A DNA stretch of 27,171 nucleotides from assembly GCA_020161965.1 (NCBI GenBank), contig JAIUNH010000001.1:1-27171 (forward strand), written 5' to 3'. This document shows, piece after piece, positions 17,254 to 25,547 of this stretch. Under the pieces are notes generated by a model. It worked only from the letters and a program-made list of their open reading frames with translations, had not been told where the DNA came from and did no database searches. The stretch's first letter is position 1. The number at the start of each line of letters is the position of its first letter. The DNA comes from Pseudomonadota bacterium. Its GTDB lineage: Bacteria; Pseudomonadota; Alphaproteobacteria; CACIAM-22H2. Both the position numbers and the translations under genes were made by a program.

Positions 17254-18048
17254 TCAATATTGGATGACGCCGCGGCGCATGAAGCACTCGGTGATTTCTT
17301 CGCAATATTCCGAGAATTTCGCGCTGGCGATGACTTCCTTGTTGCGGGGGCGCGGCAGGTCGATGTCGATGATGCGGTCGATCTTGCCGGGGCGCGGCGT
17401 CATGACGATCACGCGATCGGCCAAAGCCACGGCCTCCGAAATCCCGTGCGTCACGAACAGCGTCGTATGGCGCCGGTCGAGCCACAATTTTTCGAGATCG
17501 ATGCGCATCTGTTCGCGCGTCAGCGCGTCCAACGCGCCGAACGGCTCGTCCATCAGCAGCAGCGGCGGGTCATGGATCAGACCGCGCACGATGGCGCAGC
17601 GCTGGCGCATGCCGCCCGACAATTCGCGCGGCATGCGGTCGGTGAAGTCGCCCAACCCGACCTTGCCGAGCAGCCGTAGCGCTTCGTCGCGATATTTGGC
17701 GGGATCGAGCCCGCGCAACTCGAGCTGGACGAGAACGTTGTCCAGCACGTTGCGCCAGTCGAGCAGGACGGGCGCTTGGAACACGATGCCGATTTCGGTC
17801 TGCGGGCCGGTCACGTCGCGGCCCGCCACCTTCACGTTTCCCGAGGAGTTGCGCAGCAGCCCAGCGACGATGCGCAGCAACGTGCTTTTGCCGCAGCCCG
17901 ACGGCCCGACGATCGCGACGAATTCTCCCGCCGCGATCGTCAGGTCGACATGTTCGATCGCGTGCGTGACCATGTCTCCACGCTGGAAGACATGCGCCAC
18001 GCCCGCGATATCGACGGACGAACCGACTTTGTCGATTTCGTTACGCAC
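17254..18048 (-). CDS. NitT/TauT-family ABC transporter ATP-binding protein
   Basis: GPSGCGKST Walker A, LSGGMRQR signature, LLLMDEPFGALD Walker B, VTH switch. Confidence 0.95.
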   Translation of the reverse strand: MRNEIDKVGSSVDIAGVAHVFQRGDMVTHAIEHVDLTIAAGEFVAIVGPSGCGKSTLLRIVAGLLRNSSGNVKVAGRDVTGPQTEIGIVFQAPVLLDWRNVLDNVLVQLELRGLDPAKYRDEALRLLGKVGLGDFTDRMPRELSGGMRQRCAIVRGLIHDPPLLLMDEPFGALDALTREQMRIDLEKLWLDRRHTTLFVTHGISEAVALADRVIVMTPRPGKIDRIIDIDLPRPRNKEVIASAKFSEYCEEITECFMRRGVIQY

Positions 18049-19027
18049 TCGGCATGAACTCGTTGGTGTGGAACGCGGTCCAGGGCTGGTTCGTCTGCAA
18101 TTCGCGATACTGCTTCAGCAGATCCAGCGTCTGTTCCCAATCCTTCTGCGCGCCGAAGCCGATGCGGCCCTTCGAATTCGCCGAATCCAGCAATTCGAAA
18201 TCGACCAGCATCTGATCGAGGGTCGAGGCCGCGTTGAGGTCGGGCTTGACCTTCAGGGCGGCGTCCACGGCCGCTTTTGGGTTCTTCTTCGATTCCTCCC
18301 ACGAACGCACGCTGGCGCGCACGAAGCGGCGGACCATGTCGGGCTTGTCGCGGATCGTGGAAAGCTGCGTCAGGATCGTCATGCCGACGATATTGGCGCC
18401 GTGATCGGCATAGCGCAGCGCATGCGGTTCCTGGCCCTGATACTTGATCAGGAAGAACTGATCGTCGGCACCGCCGAGCAACGCGTCGGCGCGCTTTTCC
18501 AGCACCGCCGCGACCTTGGCCGCCGGATCGACCTGGACGAAGCGGATCTTGCTCATATCCAGCTTGTTGTGCGCGGCGAGGGCGCGGAACAACTGGCCCA
18601 GCGGATCGCCCGGCGACACGGCCAGCGACTTGCCTTCCAGATCCTTGGGCGTACGGATTCCGGCCGAGGCGAGCGACACGACCGAGAAGCCGGTCGAGTT
18701 CAGCAGCGACATGACCGACTTGATCTCCGCCCCGCGCGCGGCAAGGCCGATCAGGCTGGAGGAATCCGCCATGCCGAACGTGTCGGACCCGGCGGCGACG
18801 ACCTGTACCGTGTTGGCCGAGCCGCGGCCTTCGTTCAGCGTGATGTCGATTCCGGCGTCGCGGAACGCGCCAATCTCGCGGCCGTAGTAGTACGGCACGT
18901 GCAACCCGCCGAGATACCAGTTGAAGCGCAGCGAGACCGCGTCGCGTGCCTGCGCGATGGCAGGCGAGAACGGTGCGGCGGCGAGGGCCAATGCGCCCAT
19001 GCCGAATTTGCGGCGTGTGATTTTCAT
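18041..19027 (-). CDS. NMT1/THI5-like ABC substrate-binding protein with a probable Tat signal
   Basis: TRRKFG signal, LRFNWY..G.H.P.Y, G.F.DAGIDI...EG.GS. ATG at 19027 follows GGGAG. Confidence 0.9.
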   Translation of the reverse strand: MKITRRKFGMGALALAAAPFSPAIAQARDAVSLRFNWYLGGLHVPYYYGREIGAFRDAGIDITLNEGRGSANTVQVVAAGSDTFGMADSSSLIGLAARGAEIKSVMSLLNSTGFSVVSLASAGIRTPKDLEGKSLAVSPGDPLGQLFRALAAHNKLDMSKIRFVQVDPAAKVAAVLEKRADALLGGADDQFFLIKYQGQEPHALRYADHGANIVGMTILTQLSTIRDKPDMVRRFVRASVRSWEESKKNPKAAVDAALKVKPDLNAASTLDQMLVDFELLDSANSKGRIGFGAQKDWEQTLDLLKQYRELQTNQPWTAFHTNEFMPSA

Positions 19028-19077
19028 GGCGTTTTCTCCCATTTGTTTTGTTCGTTGGTTGGCCGTTGTTTTCGTAT

Positions 19078-19866
19078 TCAAGCGCCGGTCACGCCCGCGG
19101 GCCGTTGCGAGACGTGCCAGGGGATGGCGAGCCGTTCGATCAATTCGACGGCGTAGTAGACGACGAGGCCGATGACGCTGAGGATGATGATGATCGCGAA
19201 GACCATCGCCGTTTCGAACTGCCCGTTATATTGGAGCAGCAGATAGCCGAGGCCCCGATCGGCGGCGACGAACTCGGCAACGATCGCGGCCGTGGCCGAC
19301 AATGCGGCCCCGACCTTCAACCCGGTGAAGATGTCGGGCAGCGCTTGCGGCAATTGGATCGTGCGGAACAGTTTCCATTCCGAAGCGCCCGTGGTGCGCG
19401 CGAAATCGGCGATTTCGGGATCGACCGATTTGAAGCCCGCGACGCTTGCCACGACGATCGGGAAGAAGCACAGCAGGAAAACGATGATGACCTTCGGCGC
19501 GAAACCGAAGCCCAGCCAAATGATGAATAGCGGGGCAATCGCGATCTTCGGGATGATCTGCAGGAAGACCACGACCGGATAGATCGATTGCTCGACGAAG
19601 CGGCTGCGCGCGACGACCAACGCCAGCGGCACGCTGACCACGATCGACAGCAGATAGCCCGCGAGCAATTGGCGCGAGGTGACGTAAGCCGCATCCATCA
19701 CGGCGGGTGCACGTTTCAGGAATTCGACCCAAACCTTGGTCGGCGGCGGCAGCAGATATTCCTTGATGCCGAACAGCTTCACGCCGAATTCCCACAGCAG
19801 CAGCAGGATCGCGAAAACGATCAGCGGCCCGGCACGCCGCTTCGTCCAATCGAGCAGGGCGGTCAT
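19078..19866 (-). CDS. NitT/TauT-family ABC transporter permease
   Basis: LLPPP..V, QIIPKIAIAPL..IWLGFG, EAA-like loop and LP.ALPDIFTGLKV. Confidence 0.93.
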   Translation of the reverse strand: MTALLDWTKRRAGPLIVFAILLLLWEFGVKLFGIKEYLLPPPTKVWVEFLKRAPAVMDAAYVTSRQLLAGYLLSIVVSVPLALVVARSRFVEQSIYPVVVFLQIIPKIAIAPLFIIWLGFGFAPKVIIVFLLCFFPIVVASVAGFKSVDPEIADFARTTGASEWKLFRTIQLPQALPDIFTGLKVGAALSATAAIVAEFVAADRGLGYLLLQYNGQFETAMVFAIIIILSVIGLVVYYAVELIERLAIPWHVSQRPAGVTGA

Positions 19867-20312
19867 GTCGCCTCCGTCTTCGGCAAATCAAACGTGCCGA
19901 ATTCGGCGGGCGTGTTGATCTCGATGAGTTCGAGATCGTCCGAACGCGCCAGCACGTTATGCGCCACGCCGGCAGGCTGCGACAGGCAATCGCCTGCGCG
20001 CACGGTGATCTTGCCTTCGCGGCCGCGATAGCCGAATTCGATCCAGCCTTTCATGACGAACACGAAGTGGCCGGTCATGTCGTGCCAGTGCCAGCCGGTT
20101 TCGCCCGGGAACGGCTTGATCGCGCGGATATGCTTCGCACCGATCTTGCCGCCGCTGGCGGCGGCCAAGCCCAGATCGCGATACTCCACGTCGGCACGCG
20201 GACCGTCGCGGGTGAACGGCGCGTCGCCGGAAACGAGCGCGAGTTTGCTCAACGCCTCGGCGAAGGGCAGCGGACCGGCATAGGTCGGTTTCGTGGCGGC
20301 GTCAGACGGCAT
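19863..20312 (-). CDS. Cupin-domain protein
   Basis: GWHWH...HFVFVMKG (motif 1) and GD..SQPAGVAHN (motif 2). ATG at 20312 has a GGAG SD and overlaps the iclR stop. Confidence 0.85.
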   Translation of the reverse strand: MPSDAATKPTYAGPLPFAEALSKLALVSGDAPFTRDGPRADVEYRDLGLAAASGGKIGAKHIRAIKPFPGETGWHWHDMTGHFVFVMKGWIEFGYRGREGKITVRAGDCLSQPAGVAHNVLARSDDLELIEINTPAEFGTFDLPKTEAT

Positions 20313-21171
20313 TGGCAAGCTCCGGCGGAAGGGCGGCGGGCGAGCGGCCGACAAGGCCGGCGCGCAAGGGCCAAATGGCGGAAAGTTCGTGGGCGGCGGC
20401 GGCAAGGGTGCGCGCGAATTCGGCGCGCCGCTCGGCCGGGAAGCGGCTGATGGGGCCGGCAAGGCTCAACGTGCCCGCAACGGGTGCTTCCGCTTGCGGC
20501 GAAACGCGGAACGTGACCGCGACGGCCGCCGTGCCAAGCTCCGCTTCCTCCAGCGCCAAACCGTAGCCACGCGTACGGGTCTCGCGCAGTTTCGCTTTGA
20601 GGGCGTCGACGGTGCGCACGACGTTCGGCCCGAACAAGGCGGCGCGCGGGAAGCCGGCGGCGGTGACAATGCGCACCGCGTCTTTCTCGGGCAGCGTCGA
20701 TAGCCAGATGGCGCCCACGGCGGTCGGATGCAACGCGGCGAGGAACCCGGTGTCGGGATCGTAGCGCAGGCCGTAGCGCGCACCCTGGGCCTTCGCGACC
20801 CAGATCAGGCGTTCGTTATCGACGATGGTGAGGCGCGCGAGTTCGCCGCTGTCGCGCGCGAGCTTGTCGAGGATCGGCTGCGCCACGTCGCTGATGCCAA
20901 GCCCTGCGAATTGCCGCAAGCCCATCAGGCCGAGTTTCATCGTGAGTTCGTAATCGGCGGAGGTCGCTGCCTGTTGGACGAAGCCTTTTTCGATCAGCAT
21001 CGCCAGCAGGCGATGCACGGCACTTTTCGGCAGCTTCAAACGGTCGCCGATATCGGTGATCGACAGCCCGCCGGGATTGGCCGCGAGCAGATCGAGAATA
21101 TCGAGCGTGCGGCGCGCGGCGGATTTGCCGCCGGCCGTCTTGTCGCCCACCGATTTGCGGGTGCCCGCCAA
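20302..21171 (-). CDS. IclR-family transcriptional regulator
   Basis: RRTLDILDLLA...LSITDIGDRLKLPKSAVHRLL..L...GFV.Q HTH, H.TAVG, RG.GLA.EE...G..AVAV. TTG start follows GGGGAG. Confidence 0.93.
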   Translation of the reverse strand: MAGTRKSVGDKTAGGKSAARRTLDILDLLAANPGGLSITDIGDRLKLPKSAVHRLLAMLIEKGFVQQAATSADYELTMKLGLMGLRQFAGLGISDVAQPILDKLARDSGELARLTIVDNERLIWVAKAQGARYGLRYDPDTGFLAALHPTAVGAIWLSTLPEKDAVRIVTAAGFPRAALFGPNVVRTVDALKAKLRETRTRGYGLALEEAELGTAAVAVTFRVSPQAEAPVAGTLSLAGPISRFPAERRAEFARTLAAAAHELSAIWPLRAGLVGRSPAALPPELANAV

Positions 21172-21187
21172 ACCAATCTCCCCTAGT

Positions 21188-21211
21188 CGTTCCTGTTCAT
21201 GAATCGGAACG
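21188..21211. promoter_or_regulatory. 24-bp palindrome, candidate IclR operator
   Basis: CGTTCCTGTTCATGAATCGGAACG has 10 of 12 symmetric pairs and lies 16 bp upstream of the iclR start. Confidence 0.65.
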
Positions 21212-21294
21212 TAGTTCCAGTTTGTGCAGGACCGGATGGGGAGTCAAGGCGGACGAACGCACAATGATGCGTTTTGTACGAAGTTCGGGGTAGG

Positions 21295-22074
21295 ATGATC
21301 CGCATGCGCCCCCTCCGCATTCTCCGCACCATTTTGCTCGTTTTGGCTGTGCTGCTCGCCGGACCCGGCATCACCGCCCTGTCGCGCGCGTCCGACAACA
21401 ACGATTGGCGGCGCGCAAGCCGCGAGGCGATGGGGCTGGCGCCCGATCCGGCCGTGGCGCGCCAGGCGATGATCCGTGTCTATGGCGCGCGCACGCGCGG
21501 CTGGCGCGGGGCGTTTGGCGTTCACACTTGGGTTTCCGTGAAGCCGGAGAATGCCGCGACGTGGACGACCTACGAGATCGTCGGCTGGCGCTCGCGCTGG
21601 GGCGGCGATGGGCTGGCCGTGTCGCAAGGGGCACCGGACCGACGCTGGTTCGGCGCCGAGCCCGAGCTCTACGCGCATCTGGAAGGACCGGGCACGCAGG
21701 AAGCGATCGCACGCGCGGTCGCGGCGGCCCAGGCCTATCCCTATCGCAACGAGTACGGTCTGTGGCCGGGGCCGAACTCGAACACGTTCACGGCGATGGT
21801 CGCGCGCGCCGTGCCGGAGCTTCGCCTCGATCTGCCGCCCACGGCGATCGGCAAGGATTATCTCGGCGGCATGACGCTCGCCGCCCCGGCGCTGTCGGGG
21901 ACGGGCGTGCAATTCTCGCTGTTCGGCTTGCTCGGCCTCGTCGTGGCCGCCGAGGAAGGCGTCGAACTTAATGTCGCGGGGCTCACCTTCGGCATCGATC
22001 CGCTGGGAATGGGCGTCAAACTCCCCGGCATTGGCCGCATCGGACCGACGCAGGATCCCGCGCGGAATTTCTAA
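21295..22074 (+). CDS. DUF3750-domain protein (probably exported or membrane-anchored)
   Basis: N-terminal hydrophobic helix, GVHTWV, YEIVGWR, WFG..P, Y.LWPGPNSNTF, LPPTAIGKDY. Start is 21295 or 21304. Confidence 0.78.
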   Translation: MIRMRPLRILRTILLVLAVLLAGPGITALSRASDNNDWRRASREAMGLAPDPAVARQAMIRVYGARTRGWRGAFGVHTWVSVKPENAATWTTYEIVGWRSRWGGDGLAVSQGAPDRRWFGAEPELYAHLEGPGTQEAIARAVAAAQAYPYRNEYGLWPGPNSNTFTAMVARAVPELRLDLPPTAIGKDYLGGMTLAAPALSGTGVQFSLFGLLGLVVAAEEGVELNVAGLTFGIDPLGMGVKLPGIGRIGPTQDPARNF

Positions 22075-22077
22075 TTT

Positions 22078-22896
22078 TCAGTGCTCGTCGACACCCGCCG
22101 GATTGGCGGCCATGGCGTCGTCGAGTAGCTCCGACACGCGCCGGCACGCGTCGTTATAAGGCTGCGAGGTGCGGAACGCCGTTCCGCGCGGATAGCCCGC
22201 ATCGACGCCAAGCTCGCCGACGATGCGGCCCGGGCGCGCGGCCATGACGACGATCCGCGTGGAGAGATAGACGCTTTCATAGACCGAGTGGGTGACGAAC
22301 ACGACGGTCCAGCGTTGCTTGTTCCATAGATCGAGCAGATCGTTGTTGAGCTTGAAGCGCGTTATTTCGTCCAGCGCCGCGAAGGGCTCGTCCATCAGCA
22401 GCACTTTGGGTCGCATGACGAGCGCGCGCGCGATTGACACGCGCATCTTCATGCCGCCCGACAATTCGCGCGGGTAGGATTTCGCGAAGCGCTCCAGCCC
22501 GACCATCTTCAGCGCCTCGGCGACGCGGTCAGGCACTTCCCCTTTCGGCCGATCTTTCAGCGTGAAGGGCAGAGCGACATTGTCGAACACCGTCGCCCAG
22601 GGCATCAAGGTCGGCTCTTGGAACACGAAGCCGATTTCACGCTCGGGCTTGCCCGCGGAATCGTACATCGCCGTCGGCCATTCGATCTCGCCTTCGCTGG
22701 CTTCGCCCAACCCCGCGATCATGCGCAACGCCGTCGACTTGCCGCAGCCCGAAGGGCCGAGCAGCGAAATGAACTCGCCGGGATGAATGTCGAGATCGAG
22801 CCCGCGGATCGCTTCGGTGCCGTTGGAGAAGACCTTGCGAATTCCCTTGAGCCGGACGAGCGGGCGGGCGGGGACGGAGCCGTCGGCCATGGTCAT
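22078..22896 (-). CDS. NitT/TauT-family ABC transporter ATP-binding protein
   Basis: GPSGCGKST, LSGGMKMR, LLMDEPFAALD, VTH. ATGA overlap with the creatininase-family stop. Confidence 0.95.
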   Translation of the reverse strand: MTMADGSVPARPLVRLKGIRKVFSNGTEAIRGLDLDIHPGEFISLLGPSGCGKSTALRMIAGLGEASEGEIEWPTAMYDSAGKPEREIGFVFQEPTLMPWATVFDNVALPFTLKDRPKGEVPDRVAEALKMVGLERFAKSYPRELSGGMKMRVSIARALVMRPKVLLMDEPFAALDEITRFKLNNDLLDLWNKQRWTVVFVTHSVYESVYLSTRIVVMAARPGRIVGELGVDAGYPRGTAFRTSQPYNDACRRVSELLDDAMAANPAGVDEH

Positions 22897-23708
22897 GCGC
22901 CGTACTTCTTGAGGTTCGTGAGCGGATAGCGATGTACTTCCGCGAGCAGGCGATTGAAACCGGCGGCGGCGTGATCGATACACGCCTTGCCGCGTGCGGC
23001 ATCGGCATCGGCCGCGTTGCCGCAAGCGCCCGCCGGATTCAGATCTTGCGTCTGCCAACCGAAGCCGATGCGCCCTTCGGGCATCAGGAATTCGTATTCC
23101 TTTTCCATGGCGACGGAGATCGACACGAAATCCGCCGCGTGTTCCATCTGCACGAGGTCCGGACGGCTCGCGAGCATCATCGAGGTTTCGACCGAGCCGC
23201 CATGGATGCCGTGGGTGAGTTCGAGTTCGGGGAACAGCCCGTCGGGCACGCCGAAGGAGAACGTCGCGCAAGTGACGACGAACATGTCGAGGCGCACGCG
23301 CAGATCGCGCGCCACGATATCCAGCACCTGCGGCTGGCCGCCATGTGAGTTGACGATGACGAGCTTGCGGATTCCGGCGCGATGCACGCATTCGCCCAGT
23401 TCCGTCCACATCCGGATCAGCGTTTCGGCCGAGAACGACAACGTGCCCGGAAAGGCGAGATGCTCGTTCGACTTGCCGACCGGCATGGCGGGCAGAACGG
23501 TCACCGGCAATTCGGCAGGCATGGTCTCGACCGCGCGCGCAACGACGGCTTCGTTGAGGCACGCATCGACATAGACCGGCAGATGCGGCCCGTGTTGCTC
23601 GATGGCCGCAACCGGCAGTACCGCGATCGTGTCCTTCGGCAGGCGCGCGAATTCGGCCGTGGTCATGTCGCGCCACCAGCGGCGCGGCAGGCGGGGGGAT
23701 GTTGTCAT
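22893..23708 (-). CDS. Creatininase-family amidohydrolase
   Basis: AIEQHGPHLP..VD, S.EH..FPGTLS, NSHGG and HGG..ETS metal-binding motifs. Confidence 0.9.
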   Translation of the reverse strand: MTTSPRLPRRWWRDMTTAEFARLPKDTIAVLPVAAIEQHGPHLPVYVDACLNEAVVARAVETMPAELPVTVLPAMPVGKSNEHLAFPGTLSFSAETLIRMWTELGECVHRAGIRKLVIVNSHGGQPQVLDIVARDLRVRLDMFVVTCATFSFGVPDGLFPELELTHGIHGGSVETSMMLASRPDLVQMEHAADFVSISVAMEKEYEFLMPEGRIGFGWQTQDLNPAGACGNAADADAARGKACIDHAAAGFNRLLAEVHRYPLTNLKKYGA

Positions 23709-23713
23709 ATCGA

Positions 23714-24514
23714 TCAATTCTCGCGTTTCACTTCGCTCTCGTGCCAGCGATGCAGCAGCGCCCATTGCAGCCACATCGTGGCGTAGAACAGCACGATGCC
23801 GAAGGCCGAGAGCATCAACAGGGCAGCGAACATGCGCGGCACGTTCAGCATGTTGCCGCTTTCGATGATGCGCCAGGCAAGGCCCGTGGCCGAACCCGAA
23901 CCGGCCGCGAACTCCGCCACGACCGCGCCGATCAAGGCGAGACCGCTGGAGACACGCACGCCACCCAAGATGTAAGGCAGCGCCGAAGGAAGCTGGAGAT
24001 AGCGGAACTTCTTCCAGCCCGAGGCGCCGTAGAGATCGAAGAGGTTTTTAAGCCCGTGATCGGCGGAGCTAAGCCCGATCGTGGTGTTCGACAGGATCGG
24101 AAAGAACGCGACGATCCAGGCGAGGATCAAGAGCGCGAGCCACAGCCGGTCGAGCCCGATCCAGATGATGATGAGGGGGGCAATAGCGACAACAGGTGTG
24201 ACCTGCAACACGACCGCATAGGGCCACAGCGTGCGCTCGATCGTGCGGTTGAGCGTGAACAACACGCCTAAGGTCATACCGGTGACGACGGCCGCAAGGA
24301 ACGCGACGACCGTGACACGCGTGGTGAACCACAGCGAGCCGAGCAACGACGGCCCGTCGTTCCAGAACGCCATTGCGATTAGGCTGGGGGCGGGCAACAC
24401 GAATTTGGGAATCTTCCACGCCGCGACCGACCATTCCCAGAAGGCGAGAAAGGCGATCCCGGCCGCGACCGGCAGAACCCAGCGCGAATGCTTCGACCAG
24501 ACCGCGCCGATCAC
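23714..24514 (-). CDS. NitT/TauT-family ABC transporter permease
   Basis: VLPAPS, QVTPVVAIAPL, LQLPSALPY, GAVVAEF. The GTG start overlaps the Rieske stop (GTGA). Confidence 0.9.
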   Translation of the reverse strand: MIGAVWSKHSRWVLPVAAGIAFLAFWEWSVAAWKIPKFVLPAPSLIAMAFWNDGPSLLGSLWFTTRVTVVAFLAAVVTGMTLGVLFTLNRTIERTLWPYAVVLQVTPVVAIAPLIIIWIGLDRLWLALLILAWIVAFFPILSNTTIGLSSADHGLKNLFDLYGASGWKKFRYLQLPSALPYILGGVRVSSGLALIGAVVAEFAAGSGSATGLAWRIIESGNMLNVPRMFAALLMLSAFGIVLFYATMWLQWALLHRWHESEVKREN

Positions 24515-25542
24515 GCCGGCACCGCGCGCGATTCCGTTTCGCCATGCGCTTCCAGCAATTCGCGCAAACGCCGGCGCATGACCAAGCCCGGCTTGTCCGA
24601 CGGCATGTGGAATTCCTCGCCATCGACGACCGCGAGCGGCACGTCCGGGCTGCAGCCTTCCAGGACCAACTTGTCCTCGTCGACGATCTTGCGGTCGAAG
24701 GCGATGACCTGCTCGGTCGAGACGTCCGCTTCCGTATCGTTGCGGAAGCAAAACTGAATCACCATCGTGCGCGCATCTTCCATCGGCGTCGCCGCGGTGA
24801 CGATCGTGTGGCGCAGACCGTTGGGATAGGTGATGCCCAAACGCCGCGCGAAGGGCATGAACCAGGTATTCGTGCGCTTTCGCGTGGTCGTGCCCTCGGC
24901 GATCTTCAGCGCGTCGGCGGAATCGTCGCCGCGCACGTCGACTTCGCTTTCGACGTAATAGTCGAAGCCGTTGGCGTGTTCGGTGACGATGGGCATTTGT
25001 TCGGGCAAAGGCCTTGACGTGCTGCCGAACGTGCCGCGATGGACGAAGGCGGGGTGCGCCACGTCGAAGGAATTCTCCATCAGGCGCAGCGCGCCGATCT
25101 TCCATTCCTCGTAGAACTGATCGACGCGGCGGAAGCCCGCCTCGTTCGCTTCGGGGATTTCGGGTAAGGGCGTCAACGGTTCGCCCAGCGCCACCCAAAT
25201 ATGGCCGTAGCGTTCGGCGACGCGATAGCCGTCGACAGCGATCTTGCCCGTCGCGGTCGGGTTCTCGCGCTGGGGAATGCGCACGCATTTGCCCGAGCAA
25301 TCGAACGTCCAGCCGTGATAGCCGCAGACGAGACTGCCCGTCTCGTCGAGATAGCCGAGCGAGAGCTTAGCCGAACGATGCGGGCAGCGATCGGCGATGG
25401 CGGCGAGCGTGCCGTCGGGTTTGCGCCACACGACGATATCCTCGCCCAGCAAGCGGAAGGGCTTCTGCCCATCGTCGAGATGCGAAGCCCGGAATACCGG
25501 GTACCAGAAGCGGCGCAGGATCGGCTGGCGGGTGGGCAGCAT
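24511..25542 (-). CDS. Rieske non-heme iron oxygenase alpha subunit A (VanA/NdmA-like demethylase class)
   Basis: CPH...CGYHGW Rieske ligands, ENSFDVAHPAFVH mononuclear-iron motif and EDK Asp ligand. Confidence 0.92.
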   Translation of the reverse strand: MLPTRQPILRRFWYPVFRASHLDDGQKPFRLLGEDIVVWRKPDGTLAAIADRCPHRSAKLSLGYLDETGSLVCGYHGWTFDCSGKCVRIPQRENPTATGKIAVDGYRVAERYGHIWVALGEPLTPLPEIPEANEAGFRRVDQFYEEWKIGALRLMENSFDVAHPAFVHRGTFGSTSRPLPEQMPIVTEHANGFDYYVESEVDVRGDDSADALKIAEGTTTRKRTNTWFMPFARRLGITYPNGLRHTIVTAATPMEDARTMVIQFCFRNDTEADVSTEQVIAFDRKIVDEDKLVLEGCSPDVPLAVVDGEEFHMPSDKPGLVMRRRLRELLEAHGETESRAVPA

Positions 25543-25547
25543 GCGCG

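Noticed and set aside
17249-19156. 635-aa plus-strand ORF
   Set aside because: It is the antisense shadow of the ABC ATPase and binding-protein genes, with no recognisable domain.
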